From positions 1,786,107-1,850,106 of the forward strand of contig NW_003314276.1 of the NCBI RefSeq assembly GCF_000143415.4: a stretch of DNA of 64,000 nucleotides. The letters are read 5' to 3'. Below, in pieces: positions 10,796 to 23,134 of this stretch. The stretch comes from Selaginella moellendorffii. Taxonomy: Eukaryota; Plantae; Lycopodiophyta. Within the stretch, counting starts at the first letter, position 1; each line of letters opens with the position of its first letter. The translations under genes were made by a program, and so were the position numbers. The notes under the pieces are model-generated. The model had not been told where the DNA came from. It was given only the letters and a program-made list of their open reading frames with translations, and ran no database searches.

Positions 10796-11773
10796 TTAAA
10801 CTCTTCGTTTGTCAAGGTAAATCTCGTTCATGACTAGAAACATCGAAACCACAAACAACGAGTCCACTCCAGGTTCAATCTCTATGCTGTAGCTGTGGCG
10901 TCCCGCAATGCTTGCCAGTTTTCTCTTGTACCTTGCCTGTGGATCAATCTCAAAATCTCTTCTTCGCAGAAGAACAGAGAGACATACCTTTGCAATCAGC
11001 TGTCCAGTATCAGTCCTGCGTAAGCTGTACTTCCCGGTGAAGTTGCATCCAGTGAGCTTGAAATCGGGCGTGGTGCTTCTCCCCGAGGTACACATCGACG
11101 CAGAACTTTAGCCGGAAGCAAGGCTTCTTCGCTGTGAAGAGAAACTTGTCTTCAACGAGATAGGCCTTCCACTTGTTCTGGAAACTGAATGCCTGCCAAA
11201 TGGGTTACTATCTAGAGAAAAGAGAGATGGTTTTGTACCTCTTTGTGGAGCACGAGAATAACCTTTCCACTGGAATCCATCACTCTCCGCTGGCGACCGC
11301 ATCCAAAGTTTCCATCCACATGCTTTATTTCGTTAAAGTGGGACTTATTCAGTAAAGTGGGACATTAATTAGCATGTGTCCACATGCCATTTCCTAGTAC
11401 TTAATTAATATTTATTAATATTTCTATCAGTTTTTTAATTTAATTTTTTATATTTCACAATATTATAACACAAAATCATATGAAAAGTTTTTAATTTATA
11501 AATTATAAAGTTAAAACTTCAATTTTTTATTGTTGTTATAAAAATGACATATGGCCACACACCATAAGTGGGATAATGAAAAGTCCCACTTTAACGAAAT
11601 AAAGCATCCACTGCAAAAACTTGGTTTTGTTTTGCATCTCGGACAGTATACTTCCCACAGCTGAAGACTCCTGAGCTGGAGAGAGTAAGATCCATAGCGT
11701 GGAAGTTGCAAAACTGTGCTCCAGCAACAGGCAAAGCCGCAGCAACCTTGGCAGAATCTTGATCAAAACCCAT
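10796..11773 (-). pseudogene. LURP-one-related (Tubby C-terminal-like) gene disrupted by a MITE
   Basis: MGFDQDSAKVAAALPVAGAQFC...YTVRDAKQNQVFAVD and YSIEIEPGVDSLFVVSMFLVMNEI. Exon 1 is interrupted at 11320-11607. Confidence 0.85.
11320..11607. mobile_element. MITE, 288 bp, 27-bp perfect TIRs, apparent CCAC target duplication
   Basis: atgctttatttcgttaaagtgggactt (11320-11346) and aagtcccactttaacgaaataaagcat (11581-11607), AT-rich interior. The empty site ccatccactgcaaaaac is seen in the paralog at about 12943. Confidence 0.9.
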
Positions 11774-12039
11774 AGCCTTAGCCTGGAAGTTTAAAATCAC
11801 CAAGCCTTTTCAAGAGCAAAGCTCTTGACGCTTGCGAGGATGGAGAAATCCAGGATGCTCTGACTAATCTCCTCTAAGACGCGTTTTAACTCTTGGTGGG
11901 AACGGCTAATCAATGAGTGGGACCTCAACAAAACACAACCAAATGGATAATTTCGTGTGTTCTTTTTCCCGTGTCGTAAAGATAAACACTAAAGTATAAA
12001 TCCCGGCTAAAGCCGAAAAATGGAGTACAACTTAACGGC

Positions 12040-12300
12040 AGTACACGCTAGGCCTCCAAGTGTAGCTCTTCCATTATCAGTACGCAAAATACCGTAACTG
12101 TGTAAGCACCGCATCCCCAAACAAAGCTGGAGGAGTGCGCGGGATTGGGGCTATTTGCGATACGCTGGGCACTAAGCCTAATCGATGGGTACCTCGAAGG
12201 CTCCATGTCCGAGGATGAGTGAGGATCACCCCAGCAGGAGATTTGATCACCATGTGCCCCTATAGCTTCAACAAGCAATCGGGCAAGAATGTCGATCCAA
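12040..12300. pseudogene. Fused fragments: LURP-one last exon (minus) plus degraded CCD internal piece (plus)
   Basis: GCGAYTVTVF..VLIMEELHLEA matches 17440-17540. ccagcaggagatttgatcaccatg...agcttcaacaag matches the CCD segment [14 protein letters not shown]. Confidence 0.7.
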
Positions 12301-12421
12301 TGCAAGAAAACCGCTAACCAATGCCCGCCATAGCTGCCTGGAAGAAACTGTCTAGAAGTGAAATTCTCCCGTTTCACGATTTCGCCATATTATGTAAATG
12401 ATGAACTTGCATTTAATGGAC

Positions 12422-13088
12422 TCAACTTGGAATGGATCCATTATATTGACGTCCCACGATGGTTAAAATCATTGAAACCACAAATAGCGAGTCCACTCCA
12501 GGCTCAATTTCTATGCTGTAGCTCGCAACGCATGCCAGATTCCTCTTGGACCTTGCCTGTTCATCAAACTCAAAGTCTCTTCGAAGAAGAAGAAAAGAGA
12601 GACATACCTTTGCAATCAGCTCTCCAGTATCAGTCCTGTGTAAGCAGTATTTCCCGGTGAACGCGCTTCCAGTGAGCTTGAAATCGGGCGTGGTGTTCTC
12701 CCCGAGGTACACATCCACGCATAACTCTAGCCGGAAGAAGAAAGGCCGCTTCGTTGTAAAGAGGAGCTTGTCTTCGTCGAGATAGACCTTCCACTTGTTC
12801 TGGAAACTACATGCCTGCCTAACGGTTTTCTGAGAATTCGAAAGGAAAAGAAAGATGCGTTTCAAGTACCTCTTTCTGGAGCACAAGAAGAACCTTTCCA
12901 CTCGAATCCATAACTCTCCGCTGGCGACCGCAGCCAAATTTCCCATCCACTGCAAAAACTTGGTTTTGTTCTGCATCCCGGACTGTATACTTCCCACAGC
13001 TGAAGACTCCCGAGCTGGAAAGAGTGAGATCTACGGCCCGGAAGTCACAAAACTGTGATCCAGCAACAGGCAAAGCCGCAACAGCCAT
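12422..13088 (-). CDS. LURP-one-related protein, 3 exons
   Basis: MAVAALPVAGSQFCDFRAVDLTL...RRVMDSSGKVLLVLQKE / ACSFQNKWKVYLDEDKLLF...PDFKLTG / YSIEIEPGVDSLFVVSM. The C-terminal helix is divergent. Confidence 0.8.
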
Positions 13089-13992
13089 AGTCTTAGCCTG
13101 GAGCTGGAAAATCACCGAGCCTTATCAAGAGAAAATTTTTCCATGCGATGAACAGAGAAATCCAGGATGCTCTGACTAACCTCCTTTAAGACGAGTTAAA
13201 TAGAGCCACACTCCTCTGTGTCAGAGTTGTCTCGGTCAACTTTTCATGCGGTGAAAGTAAGATGGAGTTTTGTAACTCTTGAATGATCAATCAGTGGAGA
13301 ATAAACCGTGAAGAGAGAGAAATATCAACTTTTGTGGATAATTTTGTTCCGAGGAGAAGGCCATGCTTTTGAGTTGCCTTGCATCTAATCTAGAACAAAT
13401 CTTGATAGACAACTTAACTTGCGCAAGACCAGAATATCTCTGCAAATGTCCCATTGTATCGCAGTTTTGACCTAGAAAATTTTCCTCAGAGGAATTTGTC
13501 ATGCTCATTCCAGCTCTCGCGACTTTGTGATGATGTATGGCTGGCTTACGGATCTTCATGGTGGCATCCCTCTCTTGCATTTGGTGTTGCGCAATCTATA
13601 TGGACCATAAACTAGAAATATTGTAAAAGTAAGTTCAAGGTTAAGGAGTGTGGAGCTTTTAAGGTAGCTTGGGGTGAAGAACATTTATTCTATAGCCTCT
13701 TTGCTGGGTGTGCTGAAGAGCAGAAGGTTTCTTCTTTACAAATTTGTCTAAAATCATTTGAGAAACCTTTGCGCCAAAACGTCAATTCCTCTGTCGTGGT
13801 GGCAAATTCGACCTAATAGCGAAGATACTAAAGAAGTGTCACTAGGCTTTGCTAAGGCACGGAATCTAACATTTTCCCTGTTGTGCCAGCCGCTCGAATT
13901 TTGATTTGCGAATATGCTAACCATCTAAATGGCATTTTTGTCCGAGTGGCTGGCAAAAAGTCCTTGTCACAAAGTAATTACATGAATTTTTC

Positions 13993-15777
13993 TTACAAGG
14001 TGACATGGTTTTGGTTTGCTATTTGATAGGCATTTACAAAGATTCCATGGAATCCATATGGAACTCTAGCAGGCAACTCTATAGAAGCCACTGTCTCAAG
14101 CGTGGGCGATTTAGCATCCATGATCAAAAGCTCCGAGACACCACTCTTCTCATCATGGACGTAGCTTAAGACGTATCCATCGTCTTCCTCGTCTTCCTCC
14201 TCGCCTTTTGCCACAAAGAAAGGCTCGTTGCAAAACCTCCCAGGTTCGAATCTCCTCGAAGCCACAATGCACGGTTCGCTTAGATCCGGATCACTTGCAC
14301 CGTCGATTACTACTCTGGGCAGCCGTGGAGCGTCTAGATCGACCTTGGCCAGGCCCGAGAATTTGGGCCATGGCCCATAGTAGCACATGTAGACGTACCT
14401 ATTCTTTCGCCCCAAAAATTTCTGGTTGATCTGTCCAAAATCCAGTCCGGCGGAGCACACGTGTTGCTTCCACGACCGTCCAGATCGAAGATCCAGGTGG
14501 ATCTCGTGCAATCTGCTGGACAATCCGGCTACGTCATCGAACAGACATTCCACTGGCGTAATAGACGAACTGAGCACGACGATCTTGTCCGTCCCTTCCT
14601 CCCACGCGTTGATGTAGTGGAATGACGTCCAATCCGGGACGTCGATCCAGCGAACGCCGGAATATCCCACGGTCGGGATGCGAGGGATCACCCCGAATCT
14701 GGGAACCTTGGCGGTATCTCCACGGATGGGCATCTTGTTCTGGAGCACAACATCCTGGATCTTCATCACGACCTGATTCTCTGGGAAGATTGCGTAGTTC
14801 TCCGTGATCGCAAAATCGTGAAACAGGCACGGCTCGCGCAACCACACATCAAAATCGGGGCTTTTCCTCCCTTCCCGGCTCGCCCAGAAGTAGCGGAGGT
14901 GGGGATTGATCACTGGATTGAAGCTAAACGCGAAGAGCTCGCCAGAGGTTGGATCGATCTTTGGATGAGCGCACATTGGCAGTAGCAATCGCTTGTTGAA
15001 GCTGTAGCGACCCATGGTGATCAAATCCCCTGCCGGGGTGATATTCACGGCGTATGGCATATCATCCTCGGACATGGCAAGAATTCGGCGATCGAAGTAG
15101 GCCATCCCAGCGTTGGAAGTTCCCATCCCGCCCAAGATATCGATCAGGCCCAGAGCCGCGCGCATCGCGAATAGCCCCAGTCGCGCGAGCCCGGCATAGC
15201 TGCTCATGGTGCCCAGTGTGTAGGGGAAGAGAATCTTGCCCGCTACTTGCTCCTGGAGGAATCGATTGGTCTGGGTGAATCGCGCGCAGTAGATTGGAGC
15301 GTGATGTTCTTCGAGATCATCATCGCCCGGGAACTTGATCGCGTGGAGCATCCCGTGGCCATCGAAGTAGTGGTAGCCGGCGGGAGGGGGATGGAGTGGA
15401 TTGGAGCCATTGCGGATGTAAGCACCGCCGCGGAGGCAGCGAGGGATCTCGCCAGTGACTCGGCGGCATGGCGTCGGCGGGGATTCTCCAACCGGGGCGA
15501 AATTGTCCGCGAGCTGGATCTTGGGGTCTTGCGAGGGAGGGAACTCGCGGGGATCGATGTACGTGGCGATGAGATTCTCCACAGTGTCGCACAGGGCTAC
15601 TGCCGCCGCCCGCGCCTCTTCGATTGGATTGGGGATGGAGAATCCAAGGGCGTTGTTGTTCCTGCGAGAGGTCTCTCTCGATTTGGTGGCGGTGGCTGTG
15701 ATCCTTGATGATCTTCTCCTGGGTGGAGCTGGGAAGAAGGAGCTGCTAATGCCATAACCAGTGCCAATGGCATACAT
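13993..15777 (-). CDS. Carotenoid cleavage dioxygenase, NCED/CCD4 clade, plastid transit peptide, intronless
   Basis: NFAPV, YIRNGSNP, FDGxGM, LAMSEDD, four Fe-binding His (AHPK, FHDF, SFHY, YGFHG) and VHDE motifs. First ATG 15777. Confidence 0.93.
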   Translation of the reverse strand: MYAIGTGYGISSSFFPAPPRRRSSRITATATKSRETSRRNNNALGFSIPNPIEEARAAAVALCDTVENLIATYIDPREFPPSQDPKIQLADNFAPVGESPPTPCRRVTGEIPRCLRGGAYIRNGSNPLHPPPAGYHYFDGHGMLHAIKFPGDDDLEEHHAPIYCARFTQTNRFLQEQVAGKILFPYTLGTMSSYAGLARLGLFAMRAALGLIDILGGMGTSNAGMAYFDRRILAMSEDDMPYAVNITPAGDLITMGRYSFNKRLLLPMCAHPKIDPTSGELFAFSFNPVINPHLRYFWASREGRKSPDFDVWLREPCLFHDFAITENYAIFPENQVVMKIQDVVLQNKMPIRGDTAKVPRFGVIPRIPTVGYSGVRWIDVPDWTSFHYINAWEEGTDKIVVLSSSITPVECLFDDVAGLSSRLHEIHLDLRSGRSWKQHVCSAGLDFGQINQKFLGRKNRYVYMCYYGPWPKFSGLAKVDLDAPRLPRVVIDGASDPDLSEPCIVASRRFEPGRFCNEPFFVAKGEEEDEEDDGYVLSYVHDEKSGVSELLIMDAKSPTLETVASIELPARVPYGFHGIFVNAYQIANQNHVTL

Positions 15778-16736
15778 TGCGACCACCTTCCAAATCAAAG
15801 CCCAAGACTAGTGCCAGTGGCATACATTGCTATCAATCACAAGTAAATTGATCCCTCAACCAATGTTTGGAGCTATGGATTGATGATCTCTCTGAGCCAC
15901 ACGCCTCGCATAGATATTTCCACCAAAAAAGTGTCTCCGCGAAATATCAGCTGGCATGTGAATCGGTGGTAGGGCTGACTCAGAATAACGGTACCTTGCC
16001 ATGTCAGCGAGTGAGTCATCATAGTTTGGGTGGTCCTGCGTTCGATTCTAGCCAGCCGCAATAGAAAGTTTTTAAAAAATATTGGGGGTTTTGTTTTTAG
16101 GGTTCTAGCTCGATGAGAATCGGATCGAAAGGAATGTGTCCCGATTTTCCAGCGATAGTTTCTCCTGGACCGCCTACATTCAGCTTCTCGAAGCGATCTC
16201 CATCATTGTGGGAAGAAATTGATTTCGCGATTGGATAGGGTTCTTGTTGACGATAGGACACATTTCTAGTACGACTGATTCGCAGTACACTGAACAAAGG
16301 CAACGACATGCCTGGTGAGTTTGTTTACGCATCCTTTTCTTTTTTCTTCTTCGATCGATCGATTAACGTCACAAAACGTGGTTTTGACTTCCACAATGGT
16401 TTTTTTTTTTTTTTTTTTTGGTACCAAGCGGGTCATCCACACCTCATTATCGCAAATGCGTGGCGACTAAGCACGGTATTTATTTCCTAATCCCACTCGT
16501 TGTCTTAGCTCATTTCTTTTTTTGCTGCTACGTTTACGTCAGGTTGTGTTGCTCATCGTTTGTCTTGACCGATTTCCAGATACCGCTGAGGAGCGGCCCC
16601 TTTGCTTCGGTGTTCCATGTCGCCATCGCCATCAGCAGCAGCGCAGCACGGCGAGGAGTATGCGTAAATTCCCGGCGGTGGCAACAGTGCTAATGCTAGT
16701 AGCACTTAAGATCCCCGTAAGCCACGAACAAAAACG

Positions 16737-17563
16737 ATGACGGCTTCTTCAAGGACGACCATGGCACTTAATCAAGTTGAGGGAAAGGCAGGAGTAGGCT
16801 TGGTCCCTGTGGTTCGGCACGAGTTTTGTGCGCACGATGGCATGGAGTTGATACTCTCCAAGGTCGAGGCATGGAGTTGGGGCAATTACACTGTCACCGA
16901 TGGAGTCGGGAATTTCCTCATCACGGTGGAAGGGAGGCTGAGCCTGCGATGGACTCGGACTCTGCTGGATTCGAGCGGGACACGGATCCTCAAGATCCAC
17001 AAGAAGTTCATGGTTTGTTGCAGCTCCTAGATAGCAAAGTTTTGGTTTTTCTTGTTTAGATTTTCTGACAAGGTTTCTCTTTCCAAGACAGAACCCAAGC
17101 ATCTTCGATGCCTTCATTGACGGTGAAGACGGCGCGAGGAGAGTGTTCACAGTGCAATCTTCGTTAGAAGCGCCGGCTTCACGCTTTTCTCTCAAGGTGT
17201 TCTTGCCAGTGAAAGGCTCCGAGCCGGACCTCTCCATGGATCCCGACTTTAAGCTCGAGGGGGCCTACTTCCAAAATGATTACGGTATCGATTGCGGAGA
17301 AAGGTCGATTGCACAGGTACGATTTCTGTGATCTTCCTCTTTCTTTTCTGTACTTTGGAAAGAATGTTCCTTGGTATGTACCTCACAATTGATGTCGTCC
17401 CGTGCAGGCCTCACGAAAGCCAGACGCGTCCAGCTTTGTTCTGGGATGCGGTGCTTACACCGTTACGGTTTTTCCTGGGGTCGACCACGTCTTTGTAGTC
17501 GCCCTCGTACTGATAATGGACGAGCTACACTTGGAGGCCAGCGTGGGTCACGACTCGACTTAA
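16737..17563 (+). CDS. LURP-one-related protein (divergent paralog), 3 exons
   Basis: PVVRHEFC...GNYTVTDGVGNFLITVEG...RTLLDSSGTRILKIHKK / FSLKVFL...PDFKLEGAYF / YTVTVFPGVDHVFVVALVLIMDEL. Confidence 0.85.
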
Positions 17564-18034
17564 CTTGCGCGGAGAAGCGAGAACGAGAGAAACATCACTA
17601 CTGCCTTGTAAGTGAACTCCATTTTTTCGGGTTTATATCTTCGTTGGACATACATCGCAGGGATTTATATGTTCGCTACTGTGCTGTGGTGTTTATCTTT
17701 ACCGACACGAGAAGAAAAAAAAACACGAAATTATCCAGACAAGTTGATTTTTCGTTGGTTTATCTCTTCATGGCTTTTTCTGTGTTTGACATTGCTTGTT
17801 AAGCTTCCTGCAGGTCCCACTGATTGATTAGCTGTGCACTCCAGCTCAAATGAAGATTACTTCCACCGCATGCCGAAGAGCAGACGTGTGGCTTCATTTA
17901 CGCTTAAAACGCGTCTTAGAGGAGATTAGTCAGAGCATGGAAGCCTCCTGGATTTCTCAGTTCATCTTCCTCGCAAGTATGGAGAGCTTTGCTCTTGAAA
18001 AGGCTTGATGATTTTCCAGCTCCAGGCTAAGGCT

Positions 18035-18741
18035 ATGGGTTTCGATCAAGATTCTGGCAAGGCTGTTGCGGCTTTGCCTGTTGTTGGAGCACAATTTTGC
18101 GACTTCCAGGCTGTGAATCTCACTCTCTCCAGCGCGGGAGTCTTCAGCTGTGGGAAGTATACCGTCCGGGATGAAAAACAAAACGACGTTTTTGCAGTGG
18201 ATGGGAACTGTGGATGCGGCCGCCAGCGGAGAGTTATGGATTCCAGTGGAAAGGTTCTTCTTGTGCTCCAGAAAGAGGTACTTAAACACATCTCTCTTTT
18301 CCTTCGAAACTTATAGAAACCCGTTCGCAGGCATTTAGTTTCCAGAACAAGTGGAAGGCCTATCTCGACGAAGACAAGCTTCTCTTCACAGCGAAGAAGC
18401 CTTGCTTCCGGCTAAAGTTCTGCGTGGATGTGTACCTCGGGGAGAACACCACGCCCGATTTCAAGCTCACTGGATGCTGCTTCAAGGGGAAGTACAGCTT
18501 ACGCAGGACTGATACTGGAGAGCTTATTGCAAAGGTATGTCTCTCTGTTCTTCTGCGAAGAAGAGATTTTGACATTGATCCACAGGCAAGGTACAAGTGG
18601 AAACTGGCAAGCATTGCGAGATGCCACAGCTACAGCATAGAGATTGAGCCTGGAGTGGACTCGTTGTTTGTGGTTTCGATGTTTCTAGTCATGAACGAGA
18701 TCTACCTCGACAAACCAGCTGCTGGTGGTGGTGGAGGTTAA
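18035..18741 (+). CDS. LURP-one-related protein, 3 exons, intact
   Basis: MGFDQDSGKAVAALPVVGAQFC... through YSIEIEPGVDSLFVVSMFLVMNEIYLDKPAAGGGGG*, with GT-AG introns at about 18278-18330 and 18534-18585. Confidence 0.88.
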
Positions 18742-19814
18742 AATTGCGGTTCATTGCTTGTTTCTAGTATACTATTTGTGAGTGTTTTCAAGGATTATGT
18801 TATTACTGTGTTGGAATATGTAAGTTGCCTCTTTGCTGTTTTTCCGCTCTTTCCAAGTATCTAGATTCATCGTTGGAAAAATTTACTCGGATCTAGATCC
18901 CTGATCTCTCTTAAAGATTTCTTTAACAGACATTCCCACTGGAATTATGTTGTTTCTTGTGCCTAACTAAATTTCCTTATGCTGAGGAAGCTTTGATGTG
19001 AGAATGGCTCCATGCATTTTATCAAGCTCGCAACCTTTGGATTTACATAGTCCGGCTGTTAGTTTTGTTAAAGTTTATAATTTAATGTTTTATTAACGTG
19101 TTGTAGCTAAGCTGTAGAGCGATCTCTTCGCATGTAGTAATAATAATACATGTTTTTGGAGGTCTTGCAACACTCAATTGGAGGCATGAGACCACTAGTG
19201 GGTATTTGTGATAATCAAATATTTAGTCATTCTCATTTCAACGTAGGAAAGTGTGAGAAATAAGACCATCCAAATTTGAATACCGTAAACAAATCTCTGA
19301 GATTTCTACTCATATATTTTTGCATCTCAGAAATTAGCAATGCTTAATGTGGTGGATGGCAAGCCTTAGAATTGATAACTCCTACAAACTCTAACATGTC
19401 AGAAGAAGACTTGTCAATTGCTTGAATCAATCTTTCAACTCCTACTATAATACATGTTCTTTTTATGGGGGGGGGGGGGGGGCAGAGGTCTTTTGGCGCC
19501 CAGCTAGATACATATAATTACTTGTAAAATGAAGAATATATTACCTGCCTACTCTCTCCTCACTCCTTGAATTTGAAGCTCCCTTAGCTCTTCCATCCGA
19601 CAAAAATAAATAGCCAGCTGATGGCCAGGTTCTCGGGCCTAATTCTCTAGGAAGCCGGTGGGATCCCTTTAGCTCGAGGGGATCTGAAGATAGCATGTGG
19701 AAGGCTATACAGTCATAGACAACGTGAAAGACATCTTCCATCCTGTAAATTGTATTATTGATCCGTCTCACACGGATCCCAATGACTTCAGCAAATAACA
19801 ACGATGGCACCATC

Positions 19815-20060
19815 ATAAAACTAGCTATTCCAAAGCTTCCAAGTTGGGAGTACGCTAAAAGTTCAAAGAAAACGATAAAATTACAACGTCCCGTTCTTTG
19901 TTTTCCAAAGCTTGTCTCTACGCTGGCTTGCGCACCATAAAGTCTAGAATCGTGGCCTTTCTTCCCAGCTTTCCTCTCTGGACCGGCTTCAGATTTTCAA
20001 GTGCCGCTTTCAGCAGAGACATCAATTTTCAAATAGCTGGAATGGTTATAAACTCAAGCT
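19815..20060 (-). pseudogene. Inverted remnant of the RHL1 last exon and 3' flank
   Basis: Reverse complement matches 8100-8420 (ccagagaggaaagctggg...gccacgattctagactttatggt). Confidence 0.75.
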
Positions 20061-21096
20061 GTCTGAACTTCGCAAGTTCTGCCACAAACCTATTGTTGTG
20101 GTGTGCCAAGAACAATTTGGGGGATCTATTTGATGGTCAGTGTGATGTCGCGACGAGGTGATCCAGCCATGTCATGAACATAGTGTTTTGTGTTGCTATA
20201 TAACATTAGTAGTTGGAGCTAGTTTGTTTTCTGTGTTTTTTTTTTCCTGATTCACTATGTGGCTGCCCTGAGTGCTTGCTAGGCGGTGAAAATGCTGAAG
20301 AGCCCCGCCTGAGAGACAGCACCCACAGGAACAAAAAAACAAGCCATTTTCCACTCAAAGGTAGCAGTACAGCAGAGGAGCACCAGATTGTGATCTTGTA
20401 TTGTAGTGTAAATTCAGTACAAGCAAAACAATATGCGATTCCGAAAGCTTTTAGAACGTAAAGACATTCTACTATACTACTGCTGCTGATCAAGCCCACA
20501 AGATGGTCAGGTTTTCTTGGCTGAGTGGGGGAATAGATAAGTTTCCAATTTCTTTTCTGTTCTTTTTCTTTTGTTTTTCTAATATTTGAAGAGTTGGCGA
20601 GTCGTGGAGCGGAGAAGTGTCGAGATTCTAGAGAAGATTTTTCCTGATCCAGCTTTATCTCGGCTGAGTGGGGGTGTGATTCCATTGCCTTGTCACGGTT
20701 TGCAGAATATATCTATCCTGATTGATTCCCACTTATTCAAAATGGCTGGTTCTTCCGGCCAAGCATCTATTACGTCAAGAACACTACAATAGGACGCAAT
20801 GAGGAGTGGCTTACCAGACGTGAAGTTCAACTATGGTTTTTCTCTCTTTCGTGAGAACTTTTGCTGGAAATGATTGTTTGCACCCATCTCATTTTCTTCT
20901 GTAAATCCCGGGAAAAAGAAAGAAGGCATCCTTGTCGCTGCCAATGCGTTTGAAAGAACACCAGCCCCAGTGGTAGGAGTAGCAGCAAAATCTTTCTTTA
21001 ACTCCAAAGCTCGCAGTCTCGATAACTTGTTTGCTCCGAAGCCATTGTATAGAGTTTCTCGTCAATTTCTTGGCGATACCAGATCTATTGTTCGGA

Positions 21097-23134
21097 ATGG
21101 CAGCAACCGCAGCAGTGATGGTGGAGGAGAAGAAGTTTAGCAGCGATGAGTTCGTGGAGCCCGACGAGAACAATGCCACCGATGTGTCATGGAACAGACC
21201 GTCAAGAAAATTGACAAGCGGGAACTGGAAAGCCTGTTGGCTCATCTTCGGTGAGCAAATGTCCCACCCACCTTTGCAACGGACTAACACTAGCTTCTCA
21301 TGCTTCTGCGATATCTAAACTTCTCTTCTTTACTATACTTCATCTTTTCTTCTAAAACTTTTTTGTTTATATTTTCCTGATAGTTGTATGTCTCTGTGAT
21401 CGATCACCAGGTTGCGAGGTGTGTGAGCGAGTTGCGTACTACGCCATCTCTTCCAACTTGGCCAACTATCTCTTTCAGCAGCTCCACGAGAATCGAGCGG
21501 ACGCTGCCAACAACGTGAACAATTGGACCGGAACTCTCTACCTGGTGCCACTCCTGGGAGCGTTTCTCGGCGACTCTTTCGGCCGATACGTCACCCTCTC
21601 CATCTTCCTCTGCATCTATCTCATGGTAAAGCTCCATCCTTGTAACCTTGTTTCTTAGAACTTACCGAGGCGCAGTCCCTGGTTTTCATCACCATGTCCG
21701 TCAGCGTCCCAGGCATCAAGACTGAGAAAAACCAGCCCGTGAGCTCCACCCAGTCGGGATTCTTCTACTTTGCGCTCTATCTCATGGCGTTGGGCGCCGG
21801 CGGGATCAAACCCAACGTCACCTCCTTCGCAGGGGACCAATTCGACGAGGAAGACCCACAGGAATCCAAGCGCAAAATGTCTTTCCTCAACTGGTGGTTC
21901 GTGAGCATCAGCTCGGGCAACGTGTTCTCGGTCACTGCCCTCGTCTACATCCAGGTGACTTACGGATGGACGTGGGGATGGGGCGGCGCCACCGCTGTCG
22001 TCGCCCTCGCCACCCTCGTCTTCTTCTCCGGGAGATCAAACTATCGCACCCAAAAGCCCGCTGGAAGTCCCTTCACCCGCGTCGCCCAGGTCCTGGTGGC
22101 GGCCACCAGGAAGTGGAATGTGTGCGTTCCAGACGACGATGAGAGGCTGTACGAGCCGACCGACAAGGAGGCGCAGTTCCCACACATCCGGAACCTCCCC
22201 AGGAGTAAAGAATTCACGTAAGTCCATCGAGCTAGTTAAAGAGATAGCTGCGAAGAACAATCTTAGCTTACTACGATTGATCGCGAGCAGATTCCTGGAC
22301 AAGGCGGCGGTGGTGAGCGAGAAGGATCTGCAGAGCAAGGAAGTGAAGCCGTGGAGCCTGTGCCCAGTGACCCAAGTCGAGGAAGTGAAGCTCCTAGTGC
22401 GAGTGATGCCCATCTGGTTCACGAACCTCATCTTTAGCAGCGTCTTCGCCCAGGTGGGCACCTTATTCCTCAACCAGGGCGACACCATGGAGCGGCATTT
22501 GGGGCGATTGCAGATCCCAGCCGCCTCCTTCACGCTCTTCATCACCCTCACCATTTGCACCATCATGCCGCTCTACGACCGCTGCTTCGTGCCATTCGCA
22601 CGCCGGATCACGGGGAACGAGCGAGGGATCACGATGCTCCAGCGCATCGGGATCGGCCAGGTCATCTCCACGGTCTCCATCGCCATCGCCGCGCTGGTGG
22701 AGATGAAGCGCTTGCGAGTGGCTAGGCAACACGGTCTGTTGGATCGCCCACAGTCGACGGTCCCGATGAGCGTATTCTGGCTCTTGCCGCAGTACGCCCT
22801 CGCGGGAGTTTGCGAGGTTTTCATCTCCGTCGGCCAGAACGAGTTCTTCTATGATCAAGCCCCGGATTCCATGCGAAGCATTGGAGCTGCGCTCTATCTC
22901 AGCACCATCTCCATCGGGAGCTACATCAGCAGCTTGCTCGTGGAGATGGTGGTCAAGTTTACAAGTACAAAAGGTGGCGGGGTTGACGGCAACTGGATCA
23001 ATGACAATCTCAACAGGGCTCACATTGATTACTTCTACTGGCTGCTCACGATTCTCAGCATCATCAACCTTGGTATATATGTTTTGTGCGCGAGGTGGTA
23101 TACTTACAAGAATGTGGGAGATATTGCAATTTGA
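21097..23134 (+). CDS. NRT1/PTR family (NPF) proton-coupled transporter, NPF5/NPF8-like, 4 exons
   Basis: GNWKACWLIF/GCEVCERVAYY (ExxER motif), ALGAGGIKPNVTSFAGDQF, GSPFTRVAQVLVAA, VTQVEEVK, LQRIGIG, WLLPQY, EFFYDQAPDSMRS. Confidence 0.93.
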
